Shown piece after piece: positions 34,975 to 46,447 of a stretch of DNA of 64,000 nt. The translations under genes and the position numbers were made by a program. The notes beneath the pieces were generated by a model. It was given only the letters and a program-made list of their open reading frames with translations, ran no database searches and was not told the origin of the DNA. Within the stretch, counting starts at the first letter, position 1; each line of letters begins with the position of its first letter. The DNA comes from an uncultured Gammaproteobacteria bacterium (lineage in GTDB: Bacteria; Patescibacteriota; Microgenomatia; UBA1406; HO2-37-13b), in the NCBI GenBank assembly GCA_964413645.1, contig CAYPSA010000002.1, positions 22,508 through 86,507 on the forward strand. Direction: 5' to 3'.

Positions 34975-37156
34975 CGCCGTATCCAAATATTGAAATATCT
35001 GCTGCGAGTTGCCCGTTTGTAACCGAATATTCGAACCTAACTTTGTGCTTGCCTTTAGGGAGCACAATTGCACGTTGATTTAAATTAGCAGGAATAATTT
35101 CCGCTTCTGAATCGTCTACGTACGCTTTCCACCCGGGATAGTATGAATCTGCAACTACAAGAAGACTCTCGTGTGGAGTAAAAGTCACAATGTGAAGAGA
35201 CATGTCACTGTCTTTCGTAATTTCTGCAGTAGTACGGCACGATAAAGGATTTATACTACAGTCTTTATTAAATGAGACAGGAATATCCTTCTCTAAAATT
35301 ACACTATTTTTCATATCAAACTCTTTAGAAACAAGGGTTTGTTGTATCGATTCGAGCGTACGTGCAACAGAGTAATTGTGCACGATATGAGCTCGTGGAA
35401 TGAAATACTCATTTTCATATACAAAGTATGGAGAAAGATTTTCTGGATTATTGGTTGTTGCAAACTTTTTATGAATTCCGCTGTTTCGAATATCTTCCGG
35501 GGTAACGACGTACCGAACAGAAGCAAGTCCCATAAGCTGCGCTGAGGTTGTTGCAACGCTCAAATGATTAATTTCCGGTTGATAAATTCCCGAAGAAATA
35601 AGGTTACTATACGCAAGTTGCCTGTTTGTAAGCACTTTTCCAACATATGCATCATATTGATCAATACCTGTTAGAATGTTGTAGTTTGGCGAAAGCCAGT
35701 TACGGAAATATACATAATTATTCTTTTCACTCCATCCATTCTTTAGAAAGTAATCGAGCCATGATTCGGCACCTAATACAGAGTATATGCGGCCATCTTT
35801 ATTGTTATTTTTAATAAACCGGGCAGTATCGGGGGTTGAAAGCCATTGAGACGCCTTTCCAATTAAGTGATATCCACGCCACGCTGTAAACAAATCAACC
35901 GCACTCAATACAATTAGTACGATGCCAATTATTGCTCCCAATGTCCTTTTATCCGCACGCTTAAACGTTCTAATTTTCTCCAAAAGTACATCGAGTCCAA
36001 TTGCAGCGAGCGTACAAAGTGAAAAAATGAACATAATAATATACCGTGAAGGAACGCGGAACTTATTGAATGGCGGTAGTGTATGAATAAAGTAAAACGG
36101 CGAATATTTACCTGTCATAAGAAGTGCGGCAGAAAGTAACAAAATGGTTATTACGAGAACTTTTTTGTTTTTGCGAATTGTAAACAGCGCAATGCCTGCC
36201 AAGATCAGTGGAATCAAACCAATATATCCGGCATTTTCCCAAAAGATGCTTCCATTAACTTTGTTGTAGTGTGGATACGAGCCGTCTTTTGGAGATCCAA
36301 GAGCAAAAGGATTAAGCAGTGTTTTGAAATGTTTTATTGGGTACGAATATTGAATATTTTCGGCAGGAGTAAGACCATTTTTACGTGCAGTACGATCAAT
36401 TAGTTCTGCCGTTGGAATTACCTGAATTGCTGAAAGCGCAAGCGCTCCCGAAATAAGAACTCCTATAAGTAGAGTGCGAAGAGCGATAGTCTTTAAAAGA
36501 TCTTTGCTTTCGAAGATAATACCATAAAGTATGTAGAGTGTTACAAAGATCCATGTTATAAACGAAATCTGGGCATATCCGGCAAATATCTGCTGAGACA
36601 TAAGTAAGATCGCAATAAGGGCATAGAAGATTTTTTTGGTGGAAAAGAATTTATCTATCACCAAAAAAATCCAGGGAATATAACTTGCGGTCAACATCAT
36701 ATTCTGATGTTGAATATGCATAATGTAAAATCCTGAGAATGTAAATGCACAAGCTCCTAAAAACGCAGCTCCATAAGAAACACTACTGTGTCGTAGGAAC
36801 AAGTACATTCCCAAAAAAGAAAAATAGAAAATAACAATGAACTGCATATTGAAAGCAACCAGATGTGGGAAAATCATATAAAGCAGAAACGAAAATCCAT
36901 TAAAGAATCCCATTTGACTTTCTGCTAAAATTGGAAACCCTGTTCCAATGGTGTTAGTCCACCACGGAATGTAACCCCCTTGAATAGCCTGCGACATAAG
37001 CTGTTTTATTGGCACATTAAATTGCCATAAATCAGACACTCCAGCTTCAGGAGTTACAAAAAGAGAAAGGTACGGATAAAAAAGTGGAAGGAAAAATATA
37101 CAAATAATTAAAAACCCAATTAAATTCAACAATATATCTGTGTAATATTTTTTCAT
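34889..37156 (-). CDS. YfhO-like polytopic membrane glycosyltransferase
   Basis: Trimmed to MKKYYTDILLN (ATG at 37156). Many TM helices, then a large extracytoplasmic C-terminal domain and a terminal TM. 3' end overlaps the convergent gene by 86 nt. Confidence 0.65.
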   Translation of the reverse strand: MKKYYTDILLNLIGFLIICIFFLPLFYPYLSLFVTPEAGVSDLWQFNVPIKQLMSQAIQGGYIPWWTNTIGTGFPILAESQMGFFNGFSFLLYMIFPHLVAFNMQFIVIFYFSFLGMYLFLRHSSVSYGAAFLGACAFTFSGFYIMHIQHQNMMLTASYIPWIFLVIDKFFSTKKIFYALIAILLMSQQIFAGYAQISFITWIFVTLYILYGIIFESKDLLKTIALRTLLIGVLISGALALSAIQVIPTAELIDRTARKNGLTPAENIQYSYPIKHFKTLLNPFALGSPKDGSYPHYNKVNGSIFWENAGYIGLIPLILAGIALFTIRKNKKVLVITILLLSAALLMTGKYSPFYFIHTLPPFNKFRVPSRYIIMFIFSLCTLAAIGLDVLLEKIRTFKRADKRTLGAIIGIVLIVLSAVDLFTAWRGYHLIGKASQWLSTPDTARFIKNNNKDGRIYSVLGAESWLDYFLKNGWSEKNNYVYFRNWLSPNYNILTGIDQYDAYVGKVLTNRQLAYSNLISSGIYQPEINHLSVATTSAQLMGLASVRYVVTPEDIRNSGIHKKFATTNNPENLSPYFVYENEYFIPRAHIVHNYSVARTLESIQQTLVSKEFDMKNSVILEKDIPVSFNKDCSINPLSCRTTAEITKDSDMSLHIVTFTPHESLLVVADSYYPGWKAYVDDSEAEIIPANLNQRAIVLPKGKHKVRFEYSVTNGQLAADISIFGYGVTIVLLVLAKRSSFLDTFVRKQRLLKDL

Positions 37157-37175
37157 GTATGCTAAACTCTCCTCT

Positions 37176-37913
37176 ATGAGAACCCATTTTATCAAAGAAA
37201 TCAAACAAATGGAGGACACTCACTGGTGGCACCGAGCCAAAAGAGAGATCATTGCTTCAGTGATTCAAAAAGAAATCGACAAAAGCAAAAAAAAATTACG
37301 CATTCTTGAGATTGGCGCAGGTACCAGCTTGCTCATTAAGGAATTTATTCACTCCGCCGATACATTTGCACTTGACCGCAGTAAAACTGCACTTGCACTC
37401 AGTAAGAAAAATGGCATAGGAAATACCATTCATGCTGACTTGGGAACATATTCAGGATATAAAAAAAACTTTTACGACATCGTTGTTGCGGCCGATGTTC
37501 TGGAACATTTAGAAGATGATTTTGGCGCTGTAAAAAAAATTCATGACATGTTAAAAAAAGGTGGAATTTTTATTATCCACGTTCCTGCCCACCAATCGCT
37601 TTTTTCATATTGGGATAAATCACTTGGACACTATCGTCGATATGAAAAAGCAGATCTAAAAAAATTAATAAAACATTCTCCATTTACCATCTCATTTCTT
37701 TCCTTTCGCCTACCTTCTGCGTACCCGTTTGTGCGTATATTTCGTATGTTATCTAGTAACACTAACAAAAAGAGAAAATCTGATTTTGAACAATTCTCAC
37801 TACTCAACCTTCCGTTGTACTTATATACCAGAACAGAAGATGCGCTCATTCGCAGAAAATTAATTCATCCGCCATTTGGACTCTCGTTATTTGCTATCGC
37901 AAAAAAGAAATGA
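37176..37913 (+). CDS. class I SAM-dependent methyltransferase
   Basis: ILEIGAGTS motif I, VVAADVLEHL, GGIFIIHVP. TGcTAAACT at 37160-37168, 7 nt before the ATG at 37176 (alternative ATG at 37155). Confidence 0.75.
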   Translation: MRTHFIKEIKQMEDTHWWHRAKREIIASVIQKEIDKSKKKLRILEIGAGTSLLIKEFIHSADTFALDRSKTALALSKKNGIGNTIHADLGTYSGYKKNFYDIVVAADVLEHLEDDFGAVKKIHDMLKKGGIFIIHVPAHQSLFSYWDKSLGHYRRYEKADLKKLIKHSPFTISFLSFRLPSAYPFVRIFRMLSSNTNKKRKSDFEQFSLLNLPLYLYTRTEDALIRRKLIHPPFGLSLFAIAKKK

Positions 37914-38629
37914 CGCTTTCCATAATTGTTCCCGTATTTAACGAACAAGAGCGTTTTGATAAACCAGCAAAACTACTTTACTCGTATTTACTCAAAACCT
38001 TCCCAAAGACCTCTTGGGAATTAATTTTTGTAAATGATGGATCAAAAGATGATACGCTAAAATTTCTTAAAGAGTTTTCTAAAAACAATCGAAAATCGCT
38101 TTACGTAACATACAAAACAAATCGGGGAAAGGGGTACGCAATCTCGCGAGGCGTAAAAAGAGCTAATGGAACATATATTTTTTTTATGGATATTGATTTA
38201 TCAGTCAAACCGAAAGAGCTAAAGAAAGCGTTAGTTGCATTCAAAAAAAATAAAACCGATATTGTTATTGGCTCTCGCAGAGTTGAAGGGAGTGTAATTC
38301 GCATTCACCAACCCAAGCTCCGAGAAACCCTGGGACACTATTACACACTCTTAACAACAGCGCTCTTAGGACTCCCACTCTCTGACCTGACCTGTGGCTT
38401 TAAGGGGTTTAAGAAAAAAATAGCAAAAGAGATTTTCAAAAAACTTACCGCAACTCGTTGGTCGTTCGATGCTGAAGTTCTTTACAAAGCTCATAAAAAA
38501 GGCTATGCTATATATGAACTTCCCATTACCTGGGAACATGTTGGACAGTCTAAAGTAAACGTGAGTTTCGATGCGATTCGATCTTTAATAGAAGTCTTAA
38601 AAATAAAATTTCACTCTTCATCATCCTGA
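37910..38629 (+). CDS. family 2 glycosyltransferase, polyprenyl-phosphate sugar synthase type (DPM1/CsbB/GtrB-like)
   Basis: 239 aa. LSIIVPVFNE, VNDGSKD, FMDIDLS (DxD) motifs. Confidence 0.85.
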   Translation: MTLSIIVPVFNEQERFDKPAKLLYSYLLKTFPKTSWELIFVNDGSKDDTLKFLKEFSKNNRKSLYVTYKTNRGKGYAISRGVKRANGTYIFFMDIDLSVKPKELKKALVAFKKNKTDIVIGSRRVEGSVIRIHQPKLRETLGHYYTLLTTALLGLPLSDLTCGFKGFKKKIAKEIFKKLTATRWSFDAEVLYKAHKKGYAIYELPITWEHVGQSKVNVSFDAIRSLIEVLKIKFHSSSS

Positions 38630-38651
38630 AATCGATTCGGAATGGCGAATC

Positions 38652-40769
38652 TTAAAAGCTTTTTAATTCTCGCTGTACTTCCTCATCATTTTTATCAAAC
38701 GTGTTAAGCATATACTGGAAGACTGCAATCGCTTCTTCTTTACGACCCAACTTCTTTAAAATTAATCCTCGCACATAATATGCATCGCGATAATCAGATT
38801 TCATTTCAATGGCTCTATTGATTGAAGTAAGTCCACGATCTGCGAGCGACCGTTTCGCTTGCACTTTGTCTTTCAGTTCTTCATTGTCAAATTTTGCAAG
38901 GTAGTATACTGCTCTTGAATAGAGAACTTTGGGGTCGGTGGGTGATAACGCTTGGGCTGCGTCAACTGCTTTGTCGCTTAACACAAAATATGCTGGGTCA
39001 AGCGTGACTTGGTAAAACAAGTATAAATTTTTTGCTCTAGTTTTCCAAAATGTCGGATTGTAAGGACTTACCGCAAGAGCCTTGTCACTACTTTGCTCAG
39101 AAAGAGTAATAAGTTTCTTGATTTGCTCATTTTTCTTGCTTTCCTCGCCCTGATCAAATGAAGCTAAAAATGCCAAATTTGCATACACACCCGATAATTT
39201 ATCACGATACAACGGTTCATTTCGTAACGTAAGCGCGCGTTCCAAATACACGCGTGACTTTTCATATTCCTGAATCTTTTGCAAATTATCTCCTTGCGCA
39301 TAATTGATGTCGGCTAAAAAGTAACTAACCACAAAAATTGCTCCCAAAATGAATGTTAGCACTCCTACATATTGAGCCTTCTTCATATTTCGTGAGATAT
39401 ACTCTGGCAACACGCGCTCTTGTTTAAGCCATGTAAATGCAAATAGCAGTGCTGGAATTAGGTAAAAGTAAATACTTATAGTTGTAGTAGCAAATCCAAA
39501 GAAGTTTGTTACGTGAATTGTTGAATACGCAATAAGCATAGTGCTCACAAAATAGAAATGATCGTCATGCTTCTTTCTACGAATTAAGTAAACTAAGAAA
39601 TACCCATACACCGACCCAACTAGAATCAAATATGAGCCAAGCCCAATAAATCCACTCGTAGCCAGAATGTTCAATAGCTCATTATGAGCACGGTTATAAA
39701 CGAAATCCCATTCTGACGTATTGTTATGCGAAGCGGGTCTGGTTGAATAATATGAATATGCGAACGTTTCAGGTCCTGTTCCTAAAGCGGGATTTCTTAA
39801 CCCAAGCTCAACTGCTCCGGCCCAAACAATTTTTCGAATATCAAACGATTCGGTAACCCCTTTAGGCGCGTTCTGTGCAACTTTTTTAGTCTGTTCAAAT
39901 GAAGGAAAGATTCTATCGATTGAAGCTATTCCAGTCTTAAACATAATTGAACAAACAAGCAGTGTTCCCAAGAATGCGGCGGCTAGTTGTCGGTCTTTTT
40001 TATCCTTTTTCGCCCAGAAGTAGAGTGTGGTGTATGTAGCAAGTCCGAGTAAGACAGCAAGGAGCGCAGATCGGCTTCGAGTAAATAATATTCCAACAAA
40101 GCTCAAAACGCTTAAAGCTCCATACCATATTCGTTGTCGAGCAACTAAATAGTACAAACTCATGAAAAACGTTACACTCAAATATGCCCCCAGCCAATTC
40201 GGTTGCCCTAATGTTGAAAACATGCGTACTGCCGGATTAAATTGCTCCGTCCAACAGGCGTTGTTTAAATTCCCCGTAAAGAGTAAGCACGTTAAATCAT
40301 ATCCAAGTTTTCCCGAAAGGCCCCATACAATCACTAAAAAGGAGGATGCGAGTGAGTAATGTAACAGGGTGTGAACCGCATCGTCCACATATTCTTGAAA
40401 TTGATCAATATGCGATACCAGTCCGTAAAAGAGCACTACAAAGGCAAAAATCGATAATAAGCCGCCATCGAATCGTCCGTAATAACCGAAAAAAGATGTA
40501 TGTATATCGATCGAGAACACTGTTGCCAACGCCTGCACACCCACAAAGAGCAGTAAAAACTTGTCAAAAACCGTTCGCTTAAACACAAATTTTCCCGTTC
40601 CAATCCACTCATATAACCATAATGACAGTACACTTCCGGCGATTGCGTAAATAAACAACATTTTATTAAACTCAAAAAGTTCGGAGGTTTTGTGGTACAT
40701 TAATAGGGGAGTCACCAAGAAAAGCAGCTTGTAGCAAAGAAAGAAAAGTCGGTTGATACGCGTTTTCAT
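38652..40769 (-). CDS. O-antigen ligase-like (Wzy_C-type) polytopic membrane protein with C-terminal TPR domain
   Basis: Trimmed to the ATG at 40769 (MKTRINRLFF). Many TM helices with a large loop containing NRAHNELLNILATSG. C-terminal third is TPR-like. Confidence 0.65.
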   Translation of the reverse strand: MKTRINRLFFLCYKLLFLVTPLLMYHKTSELFEFNKMLFIYAIAGSVLSLWLYEWIGTGKFVFKRTVFDKFLLLFVGVQALATVFSIDIHTSFFGYYGRFDGGLLSIFAFVVLFYGLVSHIDQFQEYVDDAVHTLLHYSLASSFLVIVWGLSGKLGYDLTCLLFTGNLNNACWTEQFNPAVRMFSTLGQPNWLGAYLSVTFFMSLYYLVARQRIWYGALSVLSFVGILFTRSRSALLAVLLGLATYTTLYFWAKKDKKDRQLAAAFLGTLLVCSIMFKTGIASIDRIFPSFEQTKKVAQNAPKGVTESFDIRKIVWAGAVELGLRNPALGTGPETFAYSYYSTRPASHNNTSEWDFVYNRAHNELLNILATSGFIGLGSYLILVGSVYGYFLVYLIRRKKHDDHFYFVSTMLIAYSTIHVTNFFGFATTTISIYFYLIPALLFAFTWLKQERVLPEYISRNMKKAQYVGVLTFILGAIFVVSYFLADINYAQGDNLQKIQEYEKSRVYLERALTLRNEPLYRDKLSGVYANLAFLASFDQGEESKKNEQIKKLITLSEQSSDKALAVSPYNPTFWKTRAKNLYLFYQVTLDPAYFVLSDKAVDAAQALSPTDPKVLYSRAVYYLAKFDNEELKDKVQAKRSLADRGLTSINRAIEMKSDYRDAYYVRGLILKKLGRKEEAIAVFQYMLNTFDKNDEEVQRELKSF

Positions 40770-40797
40770 ACTCAATTAATTACATTATATACTACCT

Positions 40798-41856
40798 ATG
40801 AAATCAATACTAACTCATTTACGAAGTAATGCGAACGCAATTTTGAATGCAAATAGCATTGCTGTCGATTTTGGCACTACAACAACTCGAATCGCGATTC
40901 ATGGAAAAGGAGTAGTTCTGCGCGAACCTACATTCATAGGTCTTAATAATCGCACCAACGAGTATATATTCTTCGGGAATGAGGCGTATGAGATCTATGG
41001 AAAAGCGCCATCGTTTATATCCATAATTCACCCAGTAGACTACGCGATTATTTCTGATTTCGACTCCTCAGTCAAGCTTTTAGAGAGATTCTTTGAAAAA
41101 GCCGTACATCCATTCTTTTTTAAAAATCGTCTCTTTAAGTCCAAATATACTGCTTATACCACAGTTCCTGCGTCAGCAACAGAGGTTGAACAACGCGCGA
41201 TTGAAGAAGCATTAATTAAAGCAGGTGCGGGGAGTGTACGAATTTTGGAAAAATCAATCGCCACGGGGTATGGTGCCGATTTACCTGTTTTTTCAAATGA
41301 CCCAGCATTTATTATCGACCTGGGTGCAGGACTGATTGAAATGGCAATTGTAACAACGGGGGGAATTATTGCTTCAAAAACCGTTAGATCAGGCGGACTC
41401 GCAATGGATACGGTTATTAAAAACTACATACATCTTAAATATGGAATGGTAATAGGGGAATCATCTGCTCAAAAACTTAAAAATGGACTTATGAGCTTTG
41501 GTGACGAAAAGAAAGTTCTCACAGTTCGAGGAAAATCCTTGGAAAACGGCTTACCACGCTCGATCAGAGTAACATCTGCCGACGTTCGCGAAGCACTTAT
41601 TGCCAGTTTTAATGGAATTGTGGATGGAATTAAAGATATGCTTGAAACGGTTGCTCCGGAAGTCGTTGATGGCATTGTAAAAAACGGCATTACACTTGCC
41701 GGGGGACTCGCCAATATTCCCGATATCGATAAATACATCATGCAAGATATTAAAATTCCGGTAAACGTACCCGAAAATCCACAGGATGCGACGATTCACG
41801 GAGTGCTAAAATTATTAGGGAATAAAGAGCGGCTTGAAAGAGTAATTATTCGGTAA
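40798..41856 (+). CDS. mreB: MreB-like actin homolog
   Basis: 352 aa. AVDFGTTTTRIA phosphate-1, IIDLGAGLIEMAIV phosphate-2, TLAGGLANIP adenosine motif. Confidence 0.8.
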   Translation: MKSILTHLRSNANAILNANSIAVDFGTTTTRIAIHGKGVVLREPTFIGLNNRTNEYIFFGNEAYEIYGKAPSFISIIHPVDYAIISDFDSSVKLLERFFEKAVHPFFFKNRLFKSKYTAYTTVPASATEVEQRAIEEALIKAGAGSVRILEKSIATGYGADLPVFSNDPAFIIDLGAGLIEMAIVTTGGIIASKTVRSGGLAMDTVIKNYIHLKYGMVIGESSAQKLKNGLMSFGDEKKVLTVRGKSLENGLPRSIRVTSADVREALIASFNGIVDGIKDMLETVAPEVVDGIVKNGITLAGGLANIPDIDKYIMQDIKIPVNVPENPQDATIHGVLKLLGNKERLERVIIR

Positions 41857-41859
41857 CGT

Positions 41860-43635
41860 ATGTTTAAAACACTTCATTACGCCTGGGAAACACTGAAAAC
41901 TTCGTATGAAGCTAACGGAATCTTTGCGCCACTTTCTATTTTCTCTAAAATCTATGAAAATACGCTTTTCCCTTTTTTTCAAATCTTCCTTCTATCTCAA
42001 ATTCTCAATCTCCTTCAGCGTAACCAACAGCTACAATTCTCGGATTTAAGCAACTATGCACTGTTGTATGTAATTGCGGCTTTAATAAAAATACTTTTAG
42101 TTAGTTGGATAAATCAGTATCCGCTTGATATCCGATTTGAGGCGCATATTGACAAACTAATTATTGGAAAATTAACAACGCTTGATCCTGCAACGTTTGA
42201 AAGCTCCCAATTTCAAGAACTACTTACTCAAATCGAAACGACAAAGGGAACAATGTTGGCACAGTTAGAAAGATTGACTGGTTTTATTGATGCTATTTCT
42301 AAAATTCTGACAGCAACACTTGTCCTTCTTCCCATATTCCCACTTTTTATTCCGCTCATTTTAGTATCAGTGATTCCTTCATTTTATGTGGGAAATGAAT
42401 TTCGCAAAAAGTTATGGCCATACTACACAAGTAAGAAGAGTCCTCTTGATCGACTGACGCAATATGTTAAAGATCTTCTTTCGCAAGACAGTACTTCTAA
42501 AGAAGCTACAATTTTTCACACCGGTCCTGTTTTACAGAATAAAGTTATATCAGCCCAGGATGCGTATAAAGTTGGGTATAACAAGATTAATAATCCATTT
42601 ATAATAAAAAATTGGGTCAGTAGCGTATTCCAACAAATAATTTTTTTATGGACCCAGTACATTAACTTACTTGCCGTTCTTAGAGGAACCTTGGGAATTG
42701 GTCAATTTTCGCTTGCATTTCAGCAAACACTAAGCCTCGCAACGGGCTCTCAGCAAGTACTTGATATGTATTCGAGTATGACCATGCGCACGCAAATAAT
42801 TAGCAAGTTTTATGAATTTCTCGACTACAAACCCGCAATTATGTCTCCATCCGAGCCGGTTCAGTTACCGAGTTCTCCGACACCGCCGAAAATAGAATTT
42901 AAAGGTGTTACCTTTAGGTATCCTAAAACGAAGCGCGATATTCTAAAAAATTTTAATATAACTATCGAACCCGGTGAAAAGATCGCGCTGGTTGGAGAAA
43001 ATGGTGCCGGTAAAACGACTATTATTAAACTTTTATTGCGCTTTTACGATGTAGTAGAAGGAGAGATTCTTATTAATGGAGTAAGTATTAGCAAACTCTC
43101 CCTTGACGAGTGGCACAGTTATTTTGGAGCGCTATTCCAAGATTTTATTAAGTATCAATTTACTTTTAAGGAGAATGTGTATTTCGGTCAGAGCGATGAA
43201 AAAAATAATATAGAACTATTGCAAGCGGCCTTGACTAAGTCGGGTGCAAGTAAATACATGGATCAATTGCCCAAAGGAATGGATCAAGTTGTTGGAAAAA
43301 TGTTTGATGGAGGGATTGATTTGTCAGGTGGTCAATGGCAAAAATTGGCTTTGGCACGAGCGTTTTTTAGAAATGCGCCGATACTGATTCTCGACGAACC
43401 AACTAGTGCAATTGATGCAAAGGCAGAATATGAGATTTTTGAAAATGTTCAAAAACTACAAAAAGACAAAACGGTCATTATTATTTCTCACCGATTCTCA
43501 ACCGTCCGCAATGCCGACAGAATACTCGTTTTGGATGGAGGAAAAATTATTGAGCAGGGAAATCATGAGAAACTAATGAAAGAAAAAGGAACGTATGCAC
43601 AGTTGTTTGAGATACAGGCAAAGGGATATAAATAA
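41860..43635 (+). CDS. ABC transporter, fused permease/ATP-binding protein (exporter type)
   Basis: 591 aa. N-terminal TM domain. GENGAGKTT Walker A, LSGGQWQKLALARA signature, ILILDEPTSAID Walker B. Confidence 0.85.
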   Translation: MFKTLHYAWETLKTSYEANGIFAPLSIFSKIYENTLFPFFQIFLLSQILNLLQRNQQLQFSDLSNYALLYVIAALIKILLVSWINQYPLDIRFEAHIDKLIIGKLTTLDPATFESSQFQELLTQIETTKGTMLAQLERLTGFIDAISKILTATLVLLPIFPLFIPLILVSVIPSFYVGNEFRKKLWPYYTSKKSPLDRLTQYVKDLLSQDSTSKEATIFHTGPVLQNKVISAQDAYKVGYNKINNPFIIKNWVSSVFQQIIFLWTQYINLLAVLRGTLGIGQFSLAFQQTLSLATGSQQVLDMYSSMTMRTQIISKFYEFLDYKPAIMSPSEPVQLPSSPTPPKIEFKGVTFRYPKTKRDILKNFNITIEPGEKIALVGENGAGKTTIIKLLLRFYDVVEGEILINGVSISKLSLDEWHSYFGALFQDFIKYQFTFKENVYFGQSDEKNNIELLQAALTKSGASKYMDQLPKGMDQVVGKMFDGGIDLSGGQWQKLALARAFFRNAPILILDEPTSAIDAKAEYEIFENVQKLQKDKTVIIISHRFSTVRNADRILVLDGGKIIEQGNHEKLMKEKGTYAQLFEIQAKGYK

Positions 43636-43645
43636 ACGTAGTCTT

Positions 43646-44119
43646 CTATTGTAAATGCTCGATCGAAACGGTTATCTTTTGAATGGGAAAATCAAATAGC
43701 TTTTGAGCATCATCGTGCAGACGATCGCGAATATTGAAGGGAAATAGGCGTAATTTCTTTATATTGTGCAACGGAATCCACTGGGGTTTAAAAAATCCAA
43801 AACCTGCTTCCATCGCTACTTTTTCAGGCGAATCACCTAGTTCAGGCAATCCAGAAATATATTGGCAAATGTAAAAATATTGCTTATCAATTCCTCTAAA
43901 AGTTTGGGTATATTCAAGCTCGTAAACCTGTTTTCCAACTAACACATCGATTGAGGTTTCTTCCGATATCTCACGTCCAATAGCTTGCTCTATCGACTCA
44001 TCATGCTCAACTCCACCACCGGGAAACACAAAATACTGATGGTCTAATTTTTTACCCTCAATTAACAGAATAGAGTCGTCTTTTATTACAATGCCAGCAA
44101 CCCGTATGTTCGTACGCAT
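43646..44119 (-). CDS. NUDIX hydrolase (paralog 1)
   Basis: Trimmed to MRTNIRVAGIV. Nudix box GGGVEHDESIEQAIGREISEETS. Confidence 0.8.
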   Translation of the reverse strand: MRTNIRVAGIVIKDDSILLIEGKKLDHQYFVFPGGGVEHDESIEQAIGREISEETSIDVLVGKQVYELEYTQTFRGIDKQYFYICQYISGLPELGDSPEKVAMEAGFGFFKPQWIPLHNIKKLRLFPFNIRDRLHDDAQKLFDFPIQKITVSIEHLQ

Positions 44120-44183
44120 GGAGTAAGTATACTGCACGCAATGCATTCTTTTCCTTATAATGGGATTCTTTCTCAAAAATCAC

Positions 44184-44654
44184 TCATTCATTCACATTAA
44201 CTTTAACTTCAAATGGAGCGCCAATAAAATCATTTTTAATGTCATCTTGGAGTCGATCACGGATGTAAAATGGATAGAGCGTTAATGATTGAATTCGATC
44301 TAACGGAACCCATTGGGGAATATATACTCCATTTCCCGCATTCATGTGAGCAAGCTCTTCAGATGCAGAGTGTAGACTGGGTTCTCCTGAAACATACTTA
44401 CATAAATAAAATAATTGAGTATTTCGCTCAGGTCGTTGTTCAAAATAGGTGAGTTTGAATACGAGCCTATCTAAATCGACTAAAATCGATGTTTCTTCTT
44501 CAAGCTCTCTGACAGCGGCTTGTTCGGGAGTTTCACCTTCCTCAACACCACCTCCAGGGAATACAAAATAATGCTCCTCGTCTGTCTTTCGTTCAATTAG
44601 CAAAACAGACGAATTCTTAATCACTATTCCGGCAGCTCGTGTATCGGTACGCAT
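44184..44654 (-). CDS. NUDIX hydrolase (paralog 2)
   Basis: 156 aa. Nudix box GGGVEEGETPEQAAVRELEEETS. Clearly similar to the neighbouring gene. Confidence 0.8.
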   Translation of the reverse strand: MRTDTRAAGIVIKNSSVLLIERKTDEEHYFVFPGGGVEEGETPEQAAVRELEEETSILVDLDRLVFKLTYFEQRPERNTQLFYLCKYVSGEPSLHSASEELAHMNAGNGVYIPQWVPLDRIQSLTLYPFYIRDRLQDDIKNDFIGAPFEVKVNVNE

Positions 44655-44676
44655 TGAGTAAGTATACCATTCCCCC

Positions 44677-44705
44677 TTGCAATTCCAGGCTTGGACGTAT
44701 ATAAT
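44677..44705 (+). promoter_or_regulatory. candidate 16S rRNA promoter TTGCAA-N17-TATAAT
   Basis: Hexamers read directly, about 175 nt upstream of the 16S 5' end. Confidence 0.5.
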
Positions 44706-44747
44706 TTACCTACTTCGAAACATTCGAGAGTTCGGTTACTGTTTCGC

Positions 44748-44759
44748 GCACGTTAACAA
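44748..44759 (+). promoter_or_regulatory. boxA-like antitermination element in the rRNA leader
   Basis: GCACGTTAACAA versus the boxA consensus GCTCTTTAACAA (10 of 12). Preceded by a small hairpin TCGAA-ACA-TTCGA at 44712-44724. Confidence 0.4.
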
Positions 44760-44879
44760 TATGGATGTGGTGGAAAAACTAGTTTAGTTTTCTACAAAAT
44801 ACCAATACCTATTCTACCGACACCGCAAGGTGAGGCCGGAATGGTATAGTATTATTTTTGAAAGTTTTTTATAAAAATT

Positions 44880-46391
<1,512 letters not shown>

Positions 46392-46447
46392 CTAATTTTT
46401 TTGAACAATTAGTTCGAAAAAGTTAATAAAACCCGGAAAGTAAAACA

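Noticed and set aside
38625-38655. Possible bidirectional terminator or mini-repeat between the GT2 gene and the O-antigen-ligase-like gene (CATCCTGAAATCGATTCGGAATGG)
   Set aside because: Only a short imperfect palindrome around AATCGATT, with no stable stem or T-run. Too weak to call.
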